Counted from the stretch's first letter, positions 1 through 14,662 are shown. The stretch is 64,000 nucleotides of DNA from Eledone cirrhosa (GCA_964016885.1 OZ024740.1:423832001-423896000); one strand, 5' to 3'. The notes: a model not told the origin generated them from the sequence alone. A program made the numbers and translations.

Positions 1-659
1 CTTATCACCAGTTCCATTACAGAGTGTACTGGATGTAGAGAGTTTGTCATGCTTTTGCAACAACCAAAGAATCCTCTTGACCATTTTTTGGCATAGTTTC
101 TACTGCTAGAAAACCTTGCTACCACCACCACCAATCTTACAGGGTGTATTTTCCATGGCACCAACACCAGAGCAGTTAGTATGTAGAGACTGGAGGGTCC
201 TTTCAACTGTTTTTGGTATGGTGTCTCTGGATGGAACTCTTCTTAACACCAACCACTTTACAAAGTATACTGGTTGTGTTTTATTGTAGTACGAGCACCA
301 GATTAGTTGCAGGGTCACTGACTTAACTGAAGAGCCCTCCAACCTTATAGGGAGGGAAGTAGGAAGTATGCCACAAGAAAGAGGTGATGACAAATATAAT
401 GTCATGGATGCATGACAGGTGTGGTGGTGAGGGTGAGCAGTGAGAAAGTATGTCTTGTGTGTATGCTAGAGGTGATGGGAATTGACAAGAGGGTGAGAGG
501 GAGGGACAGGGGTGATCCTGGTTGAGGTAGATACAAACAGCTAAGTAGTTATGACTGGAGCTTTATGATTTAAATAGGATGGAGGTGGACATGGGTAGAG
601 TAGGGGTAAATTGGGGTGTATAGTCAGAGTGAGGATAGTTACTAAGTGTGGATGGGTCC

Positions 660-1850
660 TGTCAATCCTCACAGTCCTTTGTATCTGTTGTAAGGTACAG
701 CTTCTTTATCTCATGTCTTCTTATGTCTACCTCTTCCACGAATCCCATCTACTCAGATTTCTCTGCACTTCTTTATACAGCTGTCATCTTCCATATGTAT
801 CACAGCACTAACCATTAGATTTTTCTCATGAACACTACATCAGACTCATCTTATGCCTAGTTTCTCTCAGTCCACTTATACTGTGATGTTCATCCACACT
901 AATATCATATATTCACTGCAGCATACCTGCCTCATTTCATTTTAACCTTCACAAATCTTCTGCAATCAAGACCCATGTCTCACATCCTTGTAGCATTGCA
1001 GTTTGTACACAGGCATCTTCACTGAGAGAGAAGTCCTTAATTGGTAGTAATGCTACTAGCTCCCTGAACTGTCCCTTCCAGTCTATTCTGACTAATACTC
1101 ATTCAGAGCATATTCCTCTACCTCTGATTAGATCACCTAAATAATAAAAGATGTCCACAACTTCCAAGGAGCCTCTTGGGGAGTTAAAGGAATCTATTTT
1201 ATGTGTGTTCTTCGTGCTTATTTCACCTCCACATTTGCTGCATATAAAATCTATCTTATTTGAAAATTTGCCTGTAACACCACTACATCCTGCATGTACC
1301 CATGGATTAGACCCTGAGTTTTTGCCCACCTCATTTCATCCTAGTTACTAAAACAAGTTTTTGCCATGTTTATTATAGGCCTTTTCAGTCTAGATTTTCC
1401 TTCCATGTCTGGAATTCTGCTTCTAACTTTTCAGTATCAGGAGCTCCCATGGACAGCCAGTCTTAAATTCCTCCATTATGGCCTGAAGATCACTAATGAA
1501 TGTAAGTCGATTGAGTACTTATGCAGTTGTATATCACAAGCAATAAAGCGCATCAGTATTACTTCCACCTGGTGTAAAGTCAAACTGCATCTCTTCTAAC
1601 TTGATTCTGTCTTTAATTTGTTGTTATTCCCCTTTCAGTAACTTTCATGACCTAGTCCGTCAACTTGATACCTCAGTAACTACCTCTGTTTAGTGCATCT
1701 CCTTTGCCCCTGTATCAGTTTACAATGATACAACTGCACCAGCCTATTTGATTGATTATGAATCTGACTAGCTTGTAACTTACCATGCCAGATGCTTTTA
1801 GCATCTCAGCAACTGAACCGGATGGTTCAGTTGCCTTTCCTACCTTCAGA
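660..1850 (-). mobile_element. Degenerate RTE-clade LINE ORF fragment
   Basis: Broken translation similar to the 59238-60536 copy (WVHAGCSG, LEVVDIFYYLGDLI). Confidence 0.75.
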
Positions 1851-2210
1851 TCATCATCATCATTGTTTTTATGTCTAATTTTCCATGCTCACATGGGTTG
1901 GACAGGTCCTTTTCAACACAACATTACTCCACTCGCTATGTTCCTTCATCATCTCCTCTGAATCTCAGCGATTTGAGATCAGCTTTCTCTACCTCTTCCC
2001 AAGTCTTCCTTGGTCTACCTCTACTGCAACTTCCTTCCACTTCTTCACCCAGCAATCATCATCTATGTGCATCAGATGTCCGTACCAACACAGTCTTCTC
2101 TCTTACACACATCGGATTCCTCTTAGACCTAATTTCTTCTACAGTTCATCCAGGCTCTGCCTTTCTCTCACATTTACATTGCACATCCAACAAAGCATAT
2201 CCTTAATTGC
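1851..2210 (-). mobile_element. RTE LINE 3' end fragment
   Basis: (cat)n tail plus the ttttccatgc...atgggttggacagg terminus and C-terminal coding remnants. Confidence 0.7.
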
Positions 2211-2520
2211 TTTGTCATATTTCTGTCAACAAATATGTCTGGTCCCTTAGATGGGTCTACATAAAGTGGGCCCTCACTGTCCCATATATTCTATTTATTC
2301 AATGGTCTCATGAACATCAATGACTTTCTGTTTGGCATCCTTCAGGGCAATGGTCCACTCTCATTTCAGAGTCACTTTTCTCCAACCACACTTATGAGTC
2401 TTGCAATCTTGAACACGTCCTGCCTCTCATCCTCATGACATCATATGTTCTAAGTATATATATATACATGGTGTAGGTAGTACAGTGAAATACTGGTGTT
2501 GGTACCAAATCAAGCACTCT

Positions 2521-2720
2521 GTCATCATCATCACCGTTTTACGCCCGTTCTTCCATGCTAGCATGGGTTAGATGGGTTGTCCTGTTGTGGGCAGTGTACA
2601 GTTGGCTGACCTTGTCTTGCTCATACAGGAACTGATTCTGGCTTGATTTCTACAGCTGGATGCCCTTCCTAACACCAACCTCATTTACAGTGAGTGGTGG
2701 GTGCTTTTTTCCGTGGTGCC
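2521..2720 (-). mobile_element. RTE LINE 3' UTR fragment
   Basis: Near-identical to 59238-59430 and to the reverse complement of 15350-15545. Confidence 0.85.
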
Positions 2721-3589
2721 TATAATATAAAAATATATCTTTTGTCACATCACCAGTCTGAGGAGCAGATTGATATTAGAGTCAGGTCCATAATGGGTCA
2801 CCTTGAACAAAACAGGTTGATACGCAATAAATATTTTTCAAATGTAAACGAAACGTCCTCATTTTTTTCTATTATATATATATATATATAATCACCATTT
2901 TACATTCTCAATATATGCTGACTTACGTATGTATGAATGTATATAGGTATGTGTGTGTATGTATGTATGCATGCATGCATGCATGTGTGTGTGTGTGCAT
3001 TTGCTTGTGTGTGTAGATATAAACATATACTCATATAAAAGTGGAATTACAATCTAAAATACTACATGAACAAGCAGAACTTCAATTGGACACTAAATGA
3101 ATAAAAAAAACCCCCCAAAACAACGAATTCCAGCAATAATAGCAATATTTCTATGTAGCAAAACATAAATATGGCTATACAGCTCTTATGAATATTTTTC
3201 CACTTGTTCTTTTGCTCCATCACATTCAGAAAACTAGCTAAACAAAAGTTTAAAGCTTATAATTACATTAGTATATTATTGTTACATAATGCAACAGTGT
3301 GTACATACCCAATAGATATTCAGTGTCTCCATTACAACTCTTTAACCACAACATTTTAGTATTTTTCTAGCTTAAGGGCAAAATAATATAGATGAAAGAA
3401 ATACAACCCCACTGCCCCACCCAAACAATACATGTCTCTCCAAAAACATTTCTTCTTCTTCTTCATGGCTGGATTAGGAAATGCCATATCAATCTCTTGA
3501 CTGTTTTGTATTTTTAATAAAATAAATGCAGCTTAAGGCCGCAAACTATAAAACAAATATCAAAATAAATGACATTAGAAACCAAAAAA

Positions 3590-4533
3590 ATGAAATAGAA
3601 AGTTTTTATTTATGTATACAAAAAGTGAAGTAGACATTTAATACGGTTTCAAATTACAGCTGTATGATACATCTTAAACAAATATTTCAAACGTAAAGTT
3701 CAATAAATCCTGCAAAGTCACACTGCTTATCAACTTCAGCACTGAATAATGCTTTACAATCAAGATGAATGTTATCACTATACATATCCTCCTCTTCACT
3801 GTTCATAACTAGAGACAGCACATCAGCCAATTCTTCAGCCATGTTTTATGCCATAGAAAAGCGTCTTATGTACCATCCAGTGCATTCGCAATTCCACCGT
3901 TTCTTCAATGATTTGACAATAATGTCAGTTTTTATAGCCTTCCACAGTTCAATGATCCATCTATAGATAAGAGGAGGCAGTGATGGAACCTGCATACTGC
4001 CTCCTCTTCTTCCTTTCATGTATGTATGTTCTTTCTCCATCACACATACAGTTATTTCACTTCATTCTTCCCATCATGTCCTTAAATGGCTTATTCATAC
4101 TAACATCTATTATTTGCCAAACACTTATCAATTTGTTGGAAATTACTGCTATGTCAGTGTTATGTGATCGGAGGTTAGAAACAACATTCATTACTAGATG
4201 TAACCTAAACAGGTCCCAGACAAGTAAACTCTTATCCTTGCATAATCCACCAGACCAATATTTATAATAGCGATGCAGTCTTATTTATGATTTCTCAGTG
4301 AAATATTTAGTAGGTCATGTGTTTTGATGTGTACACCAGAACATAATGCCGTAGAAAAATTAATTTCCTTACTGTAACATTTATGTTCAAGATAATACCT
4401 TGAATCACAAATGTTGATCTGTTGTCCATAAAGAACCAGGGTCAAATGAGATACATGGAAAAATCCGATTTTTTTTGCAAAAAAATAGGGGATTGAGATT
4501 TACTTGAGATCGACTTTTACATGACTATACATG

Positions 4534-4535
<2 letters not shown>
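3590..4535 (-). mobile_element. Degenerate pogo/Tc2-like DNA transposon relic
   Basis: The translation WIIELWKAIKTDIIVKSLKK resembles the C-terminus of pogo-type DDE transposases. A TIR-like gatcgacttttacatgactatacatggt lies at about 4508-4535. Confidence 0.55.
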
Positions 4536-4565
<30 letters not shown>

Positions 4566-4824
4566 CACCATCATTCTTACATCCATTTTTCCAAACTGAC
4601 ACACACACACAATCGTCTATGTACTTTCTTTGGAAAACTACCAAAAGGGTAACTTACCAGTTTTCAGTTCACTCAATGTCTCTTATAGAGAGTGAGTGTG
4701 TATAAGCATCTGTGTGTATATGTACAGATACATACATACACACACACACATATATATGTATATTTGTGAATATGTATAAATACACACATTTAATAATAGT
4801 AGAGGAGATATCGCAGAGGATATA

Positions 4825-5270
4825 CAGGTAGGTGGGTGGGTTGGTTAGTAGGTAGGTAACTAGGAATGTGGGTAGGCAGGTAGGAAGGTTGGTAGGTAAG
4901 TAGGCAGGTACAGAGGTTGGTAGGTTGTTAAGTAGGTAGGAATATAGCAAGGTCAGTAGGTAGGTAGGTATATAGCAAGGTCGGTAGGTAGGTAGGTATA
5001 TAGCAAGGTCAGTAGGTAGGTAGGTATATAGCAAGGTCAGTAGGTACGTAGGTATATAGCAAGGTCTGTAGGTAAGTAGGTATATAGCAAGGTCTGTAGG
5101 TAAGTAGGTATATAGCAAGGTCAGTAGGTAGGTTGGTAAGTAGGTATATAGCAAGGTCAGTAGGTAGGTTGGTAAGTAGGTAGGTATATAGCAAGGTCAG
5201 TAGGTAGGTTGGTAAGTAGGTAGGTATATAGCAAGGTCAGTAGGTAGGTTGGTACATAGGTAGGAAGTCA
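4825..5270. repeat. Minisatellite derived from (tagg)n, with variable units containing tatatagcaaggtc
   Basis: About ten recurrences of taggtatatagcaaggtc separated by tagg-type spacers. Confidence 0.9.
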
Positions 5271-5654
5271 GGCAGAGAGGTTAAAACACCAAAATAAAAC
5301 AAATTAATATTGTTTTTTTTTAACGAGAAGAATTATTCTGATGATATTTTAATTGAGGTGACAAATTCATTATGTTTTTTCTAATGTTGAAATCATGATT
5401 AAGAACAACAGATATTAACTGGGTAAAAACATTATACAACGCAATATGGCAACAATATGGTCATGATAATGATAGTAATGGTAATGATAATTAAAGAGAA
5501 ATTGTTAAAAAAAAAAAAAAAATAATAATAATAATAAAAAACAAACAACAAAGATAGCAAAAAATATAACCAGTAATGATGATAAAAGTTTTAATCGGAG
5601 ATTTCACATGATTGTCAAATATTTTAATACTTATTTAGTCTGTATTCAATAGAA

Positions 5655-5752
5655 AAGATTTACACAGAAAAGGTGTTCTTGAGATAGTGTCACCTATATT
5701 ACAAGATTTACACAGAAAAGGTGTTCTTGAGATAGTGTCACCTATATTACAA
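5655..5752. repeat. Exact 48-bp tandem duplication
   Basis: aagatttacacagaaaaggtgttcttgagatagtgtcacctatattac occurs twice in tandem. Confidence 0.9.
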
Positions 5753-6038
5753 GAGGAATGAAACAAAACTAAAATGGAATAAAATAATTTTTTTTTAAAA
5801 ACTAAATGGAAAATAAAATGAACAAAAAAAAAATAGGGACAAAATGGTTTCAACAAAAAATTAAATTAACAAGATGTATACAAAATAAAAAAAAATCAAG
5901 AAACAATGTATATATAAAAAAAATAGTATAAACAAAACAAAACAAAAAGCAAGTGACATAAAACAACAACAAAAAGTATACAGGTGCATATACATACACA
6001 CATACATATATATATATATTTATATATATATGTATACA

Positions 6039-6088
<50 letters not shown>

Positions 6089-6153
6089 TACATATAAACA
6101 TATATATATATCCACATATAAATATATATATATACATAAATATACATAAAATT

Positions 6154-6184
<31 letters not shown>

Positions 6185-6191
6185 AATATAC

Positions 6192-6226
<35 letters not shown>

Positions 6227-6649
6227 TATACATATAAAATATATACATACATACATATATAATATATACATACATATATATATACTTGTCTATGTATATA
6301 TATGTATACACACTACCATGCAAGAGAAAAGCATGGTAAAGAACCATTGAATTCATCAGACCTCTAGATGTAAATCTTCCAGACCTTGTTGAAGGATGGA
6401 TTGGGCAGTAGTATAGTAACAGCAACAATAGTGTTTAAGATCACATCTTCCATACGATGAAATAGTTGTGTATAAGAGGTACACAGACTTTCATTTCTTT
6501 CATTTCTGTAAAACAATTCAGGAACAACAATGCAAACCTTCCTAGAAATTATTGCTCTGTATAGCCTAAACTCACACATACACACAGATATACATGGATA
6601 TATATTTACACACACATATATACATGGATATATATTTACACACACAGAC

Positions 6650-6688
<39 letters not shown>

Positions 6689-6760
6689 CATATACAAATA
6701 TGCATATATACGTATATATACATATACAGATATGCATATATACATATATATACAGATATG

Positions 6761-6821
<61 letters not shown>

Positions 6822-8240
6822 TAGTGTAATAGTTCAATTATTTCATAGACACACCTTAATATAATCCTCAGACTCCTACATTGTCACAGAGTGAAAAATC
6901 TGGCTGTCTGAATAACAGGCAATCCTGGAAAGACTTCTCATGGTGACACTGTCTATGACAAGGTAAATTCCTTGAAATACAGGTACAGCTACAGTCCATC
7001 GGATAGACCCCAATTTCTTTTTCTCAAACCCAATTTCACCTCCAAGAATGCACAGTGATATTAAAACATCCTGGAACCTTGTGATTTCAGACATTTTAAA
7101 CAACTTGACCTTGCAACCGTGCTATTGAATCCATGTTTCCTTCAGCTATACTATGTCATGATATATATATACAGCAACCAACTTTAGATGAAACATTTGT
7201 CTCCAATCTCTTACTTTGCCAGTCCAGCCAACTAATCAGGGCACACTTGCCTTGTCTCACAATCTAGCAATGCTTGGAATTGATGTTCAATAATATTAAA
7301 ATGACTTGAAAAAAAAAAAATATATATAATGATTGGAAACATATGAGAATATACAAGTGGCTGATAGTAATATTAACAATATCATTATTTTTATTATTAT
7401 TATCATTATCATTATTAATGATGATGATGATGATAATAATGATAATAATAATGATAATGTAATAAAAATAATATAATATAATAATAATGATGAGGATGAT
7501 AATGATGATGATGATAATACATCTGCTGTTATACACCCATTTTTCCATGATTGTGAGGTTGGGACGGCTTATCTAGTTCTCGTGGCTGGATCTCCTCCTT
7601 CCGACATACCAACTATGAAATTGGGGAGTGAACATGATCTGGTGTTGCCCAACAGGCCCAACAACTGAGGTAAAATTATGTACGTTGTGTTCATGGGCAA
7701 CAACACAAAGTTTGTTTATAGTAAGGTTTCAAAATAAAGATTATTAGAGCACTACATTAATCCCTCTCTCTATGACTGTTTGATGTAAACTGGTATTTTT
7801 GACCCAAAACCACCAAAGTATCTATTGTAAAGATTAAACTGACACTGATTTAGATCTTACAGCACAGTTCCGGTTTGTATTTATGTAGAATTTTAATCCA
7901 TGTTTAATGACATAAATGTTTGCGTCTTATAAATTGGTAGACCAAACTGAATATTAATATAACTTCCAGAGTTATCATTTAAAATCAAAGCAAATAATCT
8001 AGGGTGAATTGGAAAAGAGGTATTACATTTATAGAAGATATAAAACTAGAAGTATACATCAATATTCTTATTTATATACATACACATTATAATATATGTA
8101 TATATACGTACCCCCTCTCTATATATATAATAATTTTAAGTCCACTTATCATGCTTGCATGGGTTTGGGACACACACACACACACATACATAACAAATGT
8201 ATATATATACATAAAAATATATGTACACATATACATGCAG

Positions 8241-8331
<91 letters not shown>

Positions 8332-9868
8332 ATATTAACACACACATATATACATATACATAGAATGTACATACATGCAAAACCAGACGAATGTATAGGA
8401 TGGAAGATATATTTAGCATGAAGTATCTGATGAGATTCAATAGTTCTTTGGAAATAAAACTGCATTGAAAATAATAATAATTATTCTTTTTTATCTTGAA
8501 AAATCCAATGCAAAATGGTTCATAGGATAAAAATATTTGAATTGAAAAAAAAAACAAAAAAAAAAAAAACAAATGAAAAAAAAAAACCAAAACAGATCTT
8601 ATCCTTCCAGCAGTATGTTATATCATTCCTGCTGAAAATTTAGGTCCCACATTCACCTAAACACCCACCCACCATTTCTTTAGAGTAAAATGTTCATTCT
8701 GAAGACATCAGAGAAAAGGGATCTAAATTTGCTTTGTTTGTTTTTTTGTTTTTTTTTTAACCCCATTCCACCCCCTGTCCCCACCATATTTTTTTAATTA
8801 TTTATTTATTTATTTTAGCAGCAAATGATATTTGTGAGTTGATTGTCCTTCGCATCAGTGAAATTCAGAGAGAAGAGAAAGCATCCAAAAGTCTGGCTTG
8901 TTGTTGTTGTTGTGGTTGGTCGGTTGCACATTATTCCTTATTTTTTTTGTATTCCAGAAAAAAACAACAAAAAAAAAAACACTTTTTTTTTCCTTCTTCT
9001 TCCCACAAAGTGTCTGTCTGTCTGTCCCTCCATAGCATAAAGCGCTACAAAAAACAGTTCAGGAATAATAACCCGCCCTCACCCCATCCCCCATATGGAG
9101 AGAAAGAAACAATGTCTGAAGAGGGTGGGGGAGAGAGAGAGGAAGACAGGAGGTGAGTCTTCTGTCTTTTTTTAATTTTATTTTGTAATAAAAAGTTTGT
9201 ATGTTTATGTGTTTTGTTTTTTTTCTCTTTTTTTTCTTCTATTTTTATCTTTGTCCAGTTGTGTGTGCATGGATGCATATACATGTGCACATGTGTGTGT
9301 ATATACATATACACACATCACATACATATATATACATACATATACACACATATACATACACACACATATATATACATGTATATATACACACATACACACC
9401 TTCATTATTTATTTATTTATTTTTTACAATTTTTAAATATTTCTTTTTTTACTTCTTTTCAATGTTCAGCAGTGCATGTCTGAAATATATTTTTTGTTAT
9501 TGTTGTGTTATGTCCTCAGAGTTCACAAATTGATTGATTCTGTCATCGGTTTTTTCTGTGCAAGTCTAAGGTTTCATCGTTTAAGTTAACAACCTACAAT
9601 TTTTTTCTTTTTCTTTTCTTTTGTAGATTTACAGAAGGAATTGAAGTAAAACTTCAATGCTGCTGCTATCACCATTCACCATCATCGTTAACCATCACCA
9701 CCATGTCCAAAAAAAACAAAAAAAAAACCAGCCAGAATACCACCAACATCACAACTACCATGAATACAACCACCACCACCACCACCACCACCACTAACAT
9801 TGTCCTCATCACCTCCTCAAACACGACCACCACCACCACTGTGGTCAATGAGTAGTTGCTGCAGCAGC

Positions 9869-9917
<49 letters not shown>

Positions 9918-10123
9918 AGTTGTTGGCTTCCTCATAATAGACCTGTGGTGGGTATTGGATTGAGTGAGCTTGTTGTGATTTGATGTCCTGTAGTCACCAC
10001 ATAACTGTATGATTGATGTTAACCATGAGATTGAGGTGTGTCTAACACAAATAGACCATGAATGTGTATGTACAGACGTCATGTCACAAACGAACAGGCA
10101 CAGGGGCGCCACCTGGGAAGCAG

Positions 10124-10168
10124 TTACTGCAAGAAGAAGAGATGACTCAGTGCTGCAGGGGCAGACAA
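10124..10168 (-). CDS. Candidate alternative terminal Pbx exon (LSAPAALSHLFFLQ*)
   Basis: A long polypyrimidine tract on the minus strand (about 10170-10240) ends in ctag, followed by non-repetitive sequence. It would pair with the CAG|gtatca donor at 20606/20605. There is no protein homology support. Confidence 0.25.
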   Translation of the reverse strand: MSAPAALSHLFFLQ

Positions 10169-10373
10169 CTAGATATATGATAGAGAGATAGACAGTAAGC
10201 AGAAGAAGAAGAGGAAAGGAATGAAAAGAAATAAGGAAACATCATGAAGTAGAACAGCAGTATATAATAATTCCTTCATGAGTCTACAAGATGGACAGAG
10301 GGCAAGAGAATTTAGTTTCTTTTTCATTGAGTTGCATATATATATATATACACACACACACACATTCATATAT

Positions 10374-10411
<38 letters not shown>

Positions 10412-11049
10412 GACGTTTGTTCATTACCCTATGTACTATACATACACTTTTTGATGAATTGTAGTGCACCTGTGCACAATATTTTTATTGTTATATATAT
10501 ATATAAAGAAGCATACATTTTACAATATGGACTAATTCTATTTCTTCTACTCCACTTTCACATCACATTTTTAGCAAATTTAACTGGCTTGTAAACAAGG
10601 CCAAAGTCCTTATATAAAGATGTCCAATTTCAAAAATATATTAAATCTAAAACTAATATTATATATAGCACAAGGATTACAATTCTAACCATTACCTAGA
10701 GTTGCTAACACCAAAAAACAAAAATACAAGTTTTTAAGGCTGTATCTTAAAGTACTGTGTGAAAAATACATATTGTGAAACAAAGAAAATCTATAAGAAT
10801 TTATTATCTCAAACCATAGGACTAATGAATTAATTTAGAAGTTAAATACATTAAAAACGAAGAAAAGCAAACATGTTAGGAGAAGAAAGCTAACTTAAAA
10901 ATAATTTATTAAAACCCCAAATTTGAAACCTTCACAGCATATACTGCTTATAAGGCACTGTAAGTTTGATTTGTTTTACCTGAATATAGTAGCATTGAAT
11001 ACATAAATATATAGTTTCTCTTGGGGATGAAAATTTACCAAAAAATTAC

Positions 11050-11303
11050 TTAACTCTTTAGCATTTAAACTGGCCATATCTGGCCAGAATTTTCTCACCT
11101 CTTTCTGTTCAAACTGGCCATATCTGGCCAGAATTTTCTCACCTCTTTCTGTTCAAACTGGCCATAACTGGTCACTCATACCAACATTAAGGTAAGGTTC
11201 TCAAAATAAATAATAACATCATCAAAATCTCATAGAATTGATATTATGTGAGATAAAGTGAGGTAAAGCCGAGAAAATATAATAGTAATGGTTAAAGGGT
11301 TAA
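11050..11303. mobile_element. piggyBac-type MITE (TTAA target site duplication) with an internal tandem duplication
   Basis: TTAA-ctctttagcattt ... atggttaaaggg-TTAA; homologous to 18285-18710. Confidence 0.75.
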
Positions 11304-11638
11304 AAGTTTGGAGGAAATTCAATAAAGAGTAAGTAAACTACTGCTGTAGGTTACAAATGTGAGAAATATTTTAATTAAATTATAATAACCCATTAAAAAT
11401 GAAGAGAGAGGAGGTTTTACGACATGCTAACCAAGAGTAAAAAGAACAAACTTCAAAGCTGAAAGACACACGAAAATTAACCTTAAGACACAAAACATTT
11501 TAGAAGACACAAATATGACTAGAATTGAAGATGAAAATATAAAAAGTATCTTGAGAGTACTTAATCAAAACAAAAGGAGGTTTCTGTAAGTAAATTTCCT
11601 GCAATTTCAGTGTGTGTATATTGATACATATACAGATT

Positions 11639-11800
11639 GAGTATACATATATTTTATTACAGAAATTACTTCTACTGGACTAGAGCTGTTTCATTCGTAC
11701 CTGATGATTTCTTACAAATGAAACAATTCTAATCCAGTAGAAATAATTTCTATAATAAAATAGATATGCTTATACTCTAGCGTATTGAGTACCTTTTTTA
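11639..11800 (+). mobile_element. Fold-back element with partial hammerhead core and gtattgagtac tail
   Basis: Imperfect palindrome at 11639-11777. CTGATGA is at 11701, GAAAcaattcTA at 11720, and the tail cgtattgagtac follows. Confidence 0.65.
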
Positions 11801-11969
11801 ACAGTCGTTGCCTCCCAATTTAAATTGGGATTCTACATATATATATACATACACATATACACACACACATACATATATATATATATACAACACACACACA
11901 CATATCTATACACACACATATCTATATATACATATATATACATATACATATAAATACACATATATGTAT

Positions 11970-12014
<45 letters not shown>

Positions 12015-12329
12015 CAGCAGCAACGAACTCCCTCTTGCAACCAGTGGCCAACCAATGCAGGCTTGTGATAAAATGTGTAGCAACAGGAGTGGTACCCCAG
12101 CATGGCCTCAGCCAGATGGCTGGAATAGGTAAAAGAGTAAAAGAGTATACATATATACATACATACATATATACATATGTACATACATATATAAGCAGAA
12201 GGGATATTCAATTTGTTATTAATTCAACAAATATAAATGTTTATAACTGATTCAGAGCACTCGACAAGTTTCTGGAGTAAATATTCAATGATATTAAATA
12301 AATGGAAACTATATTTATAAAACCATATT

Positions 12330-12391
12330 TATTCTATTATATATATTTCAAGGGTACCAAAAACTTTGGTATGCTTTCATCAGATAAAATA
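12330..12391 (-). ncRNA. Type I hammerhead ribozyme motif (left arm, exact mirror copy)
   Basis: Exact reverse complement of 12566-12627. Confidence 0.8.
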
Positions 12392-12565
12392 CAAAGTGTG
12401 TTTAATAAATTTTGACATAGCCAAGGAACATACCTTAGTTGAATTTTCCTTGGATAGTGAATTTAAAGAACGGATTTTAAATTCCGTTCTTTAAATTCAC
12501 TATCCAAGGAAAATTCAACTAAGGTATGTTCCTTGGCTATGTCAAAATTTATTAAACACACTTTG

Positions 12566-12627
12566 TATTTTATCTGATGAAAGCATACCAAAGTTTTTGG
12601 TACCCTTGAAATATATATAATAGAATA
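12566..12627 (+). ncRNA. Type I hammerhead ribozyme motif (right arm of palindrome)
   Basis: tattttat CTGATGA aagcataccaaagtttttggtaccctt GAAA tatata TA atagaata. Stem I has 8 bp (one GU), stem II is aag/ctt plus taccaaa/tttggta, and stem III is palindromic (ATATATAT). Confidence 0.8.
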
Positions 12628-13392
12628 AATATGGTTTTATAAATATTTTTTATTTATTTAATATCATTGAATATACATATACATATATACATATATACAC
12701 ATATATATGCACAGATATATGTATACACACATACAAATTGCAAAGAAAGATTTCTTTCCTTACATATATACATAAATATATATACATATATACATATAAA
12801 TATACACATATATGCGCACATATATGTATATATACATACGTATAAATATACACATATATGCGCACATATATGTATACACATATATGTATACATATATGCG
12901 CACATATATACATATATATACATATATACAAATATACATATATGCACACATATATGTATACAAATTGCAAAGAAAGATTTCTTTCCCTACACATATATAT
13001 GTCAAGAGACCCGAGGAAGGAGGGCGTGATTCTATTATAACAAAAGTGTTAAAGAATCCTTTTAAATAGAAATGAAAGTGTTTCATGCCAGCTTCTAAGA
13101 GATCTACATAACTTCATCACCAACTAGTGGAGATATTTTTACAAAGACTTTTTCGGATGGCATACAGCAGCAAAAATAAATAAATGAAATGGTAAATAAA
13201 AGACAGAAACAATAATTACTACATTAATCTCTGCTCAGAAAATAATTTCAATCTATAAACTACGGAACATGTGGTGAATCCTACATTGAAACATGTTTAG
13301 CCACATTCATCAAAAGTAGTTAGATCTTCAAATATTCTTTTAGAACACTCAATCAAAAATGAAAAGAATATACATACATTATATACATATCT

Positions 13393-13434
<42 letters not shown>

Positions 13435-13436
<2 letters not shown>

Positions 13437-13575
13437 CAAAAATTAATATAGAAATGGCTTCTATAAGGGTTAGAACTGTTTCATTTGTATAAAATGAAAC
13501 AGTTCTAGACCTGTAGAAGCCATTTCTATATCAATTTTTCGTTGTTCTCACTCTACTAATGTATTGAGTACCTTA
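13435..13575 (+). mobile_element. Fold-back element with duplicated 3' half of a hammerhead and gtattgagtac tail
   Basis: Inverted arms tagaactgtttcattt and aaatgaaacagttcta, extended by tatagaaatggcttcta and tagaagccatttctata. The tail is at 13561. Confidence 0.65.
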
Positions 13576-13752
13576 TTTACTGTGGTTTCACTCAGGATCT
13601 ACATACATATATATATACACACACACACACACACATACTTGTATACATATATATATGCATATACACACATATGTATGTGTATATATATACACACACACAC
13701 ATAAATAACTGGATGTAAAAAATATTAAAATACCTTATAAATATAGAACAAT

Positions 13753-13811
<59 letters not shown>

Positions 13812-14411
13812 GAAGAGCACTAGATAATTTCTATAGAGAAATCTCCCTTTCAAATTGGAAAGACTTTCATGAAGAGCACCTTTTAGTGTTTAGTAATGAG
13901 ATCTTAGTGAAAGAAATAGGTACATATGTACAGACATACATAGCTGACACACTGGGGCCCCAGAAAAGTCGGTGGTAGTAGGTGAAGGGTGGGTTGGGTT
14001 TAGAGACAATACTACCCCACCCACCCTTTACACCCTACACAAAAGACAAGGTTCAGATGCAATGAAATGGCTAGCAGAAACTAAGCTCTATGGAGGAGGG
14101 TGTGGTGGCGTGGTGGGGTGGCGGGGAGGATAAGAGATGATGATTTTATTAATATATTTGTTAAAGAATTAGTTGTTATTACAAAAAAATCTAAAGAAAA
14201 ACACAATACCATGAGGCAGGGGAGAGGGAGTTTGCAGTAAAATATCAAATAAAAAAAAAACAACAACAATCCCATGAGATTGGCGTGATGGGGGTGGGGG
14301 AATAACCAAAATAAACTAACAAAAATATAAAAATATATATATAATAAAAAAGCCCCCCCCCCCTCCCCCGTTAATAATGGGTGCAGTCTATAGAAGATAT
14401 TTAACAATAAT

Positions 14412-14580
14412 AATTGTTTCTACGTTTGGCACTAGGCTAGCAATTACCCAGTACATTACTGGTATTTTATTTATCGACCCCGTAAGGATGAAAGGAAAAG
14501 TTAACCTCGGTGGGATTTGAACTCAGAATGGCAAGGGCCGTAACTCTGTATGTCAAAGCATGGCGTCCGACCCTCTACCG
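14412..14580 (-). mobile_element. tRNA-derived SINE family A (Meta-domain-like core) with 19-bp target site duplication
   Basis: Minus strand has a B-box-like gagttcaaatccc and cctttcatccttacggggtcgataaa. The duplication gatatttaacaataataat is at 14396 and 14580. Confidence 0.8.
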
Positions 14581-14598
14581 ATATTTAACAATAATAAT

Positions 14599-14662
<64 letters not shown>

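Larger units (their letters stand above)
12281..12674. repeat. Long perfect palindrome (arms 12311-12474 and 12483-12646, imperfect extension beyond)
   Basis: The 164-bp arms show no mismatch by eye and surround an 8-nt spacer. Confidence 0.95.

Noticed and set aside
6876-7103. 75-aa minus-strand ORF as a candidate Pbx last exon
   Set aside because: No similarity to PBX C-termini and no clear splice acceptor.
9531-9545. TGATTGAT next to CTGTCA, resembling a PBX plus MEIS autoregulatory site
   Set aside because: Several such AT-rich 8-mers are expected by chance in 64 kb, and there is no conservation evidence.
5850-13086. Many Y/I/C/V/H/T-rich ORFs
   Set aside because: Translations of (TA)n, (CA)n and (TATG)n microsatellites.
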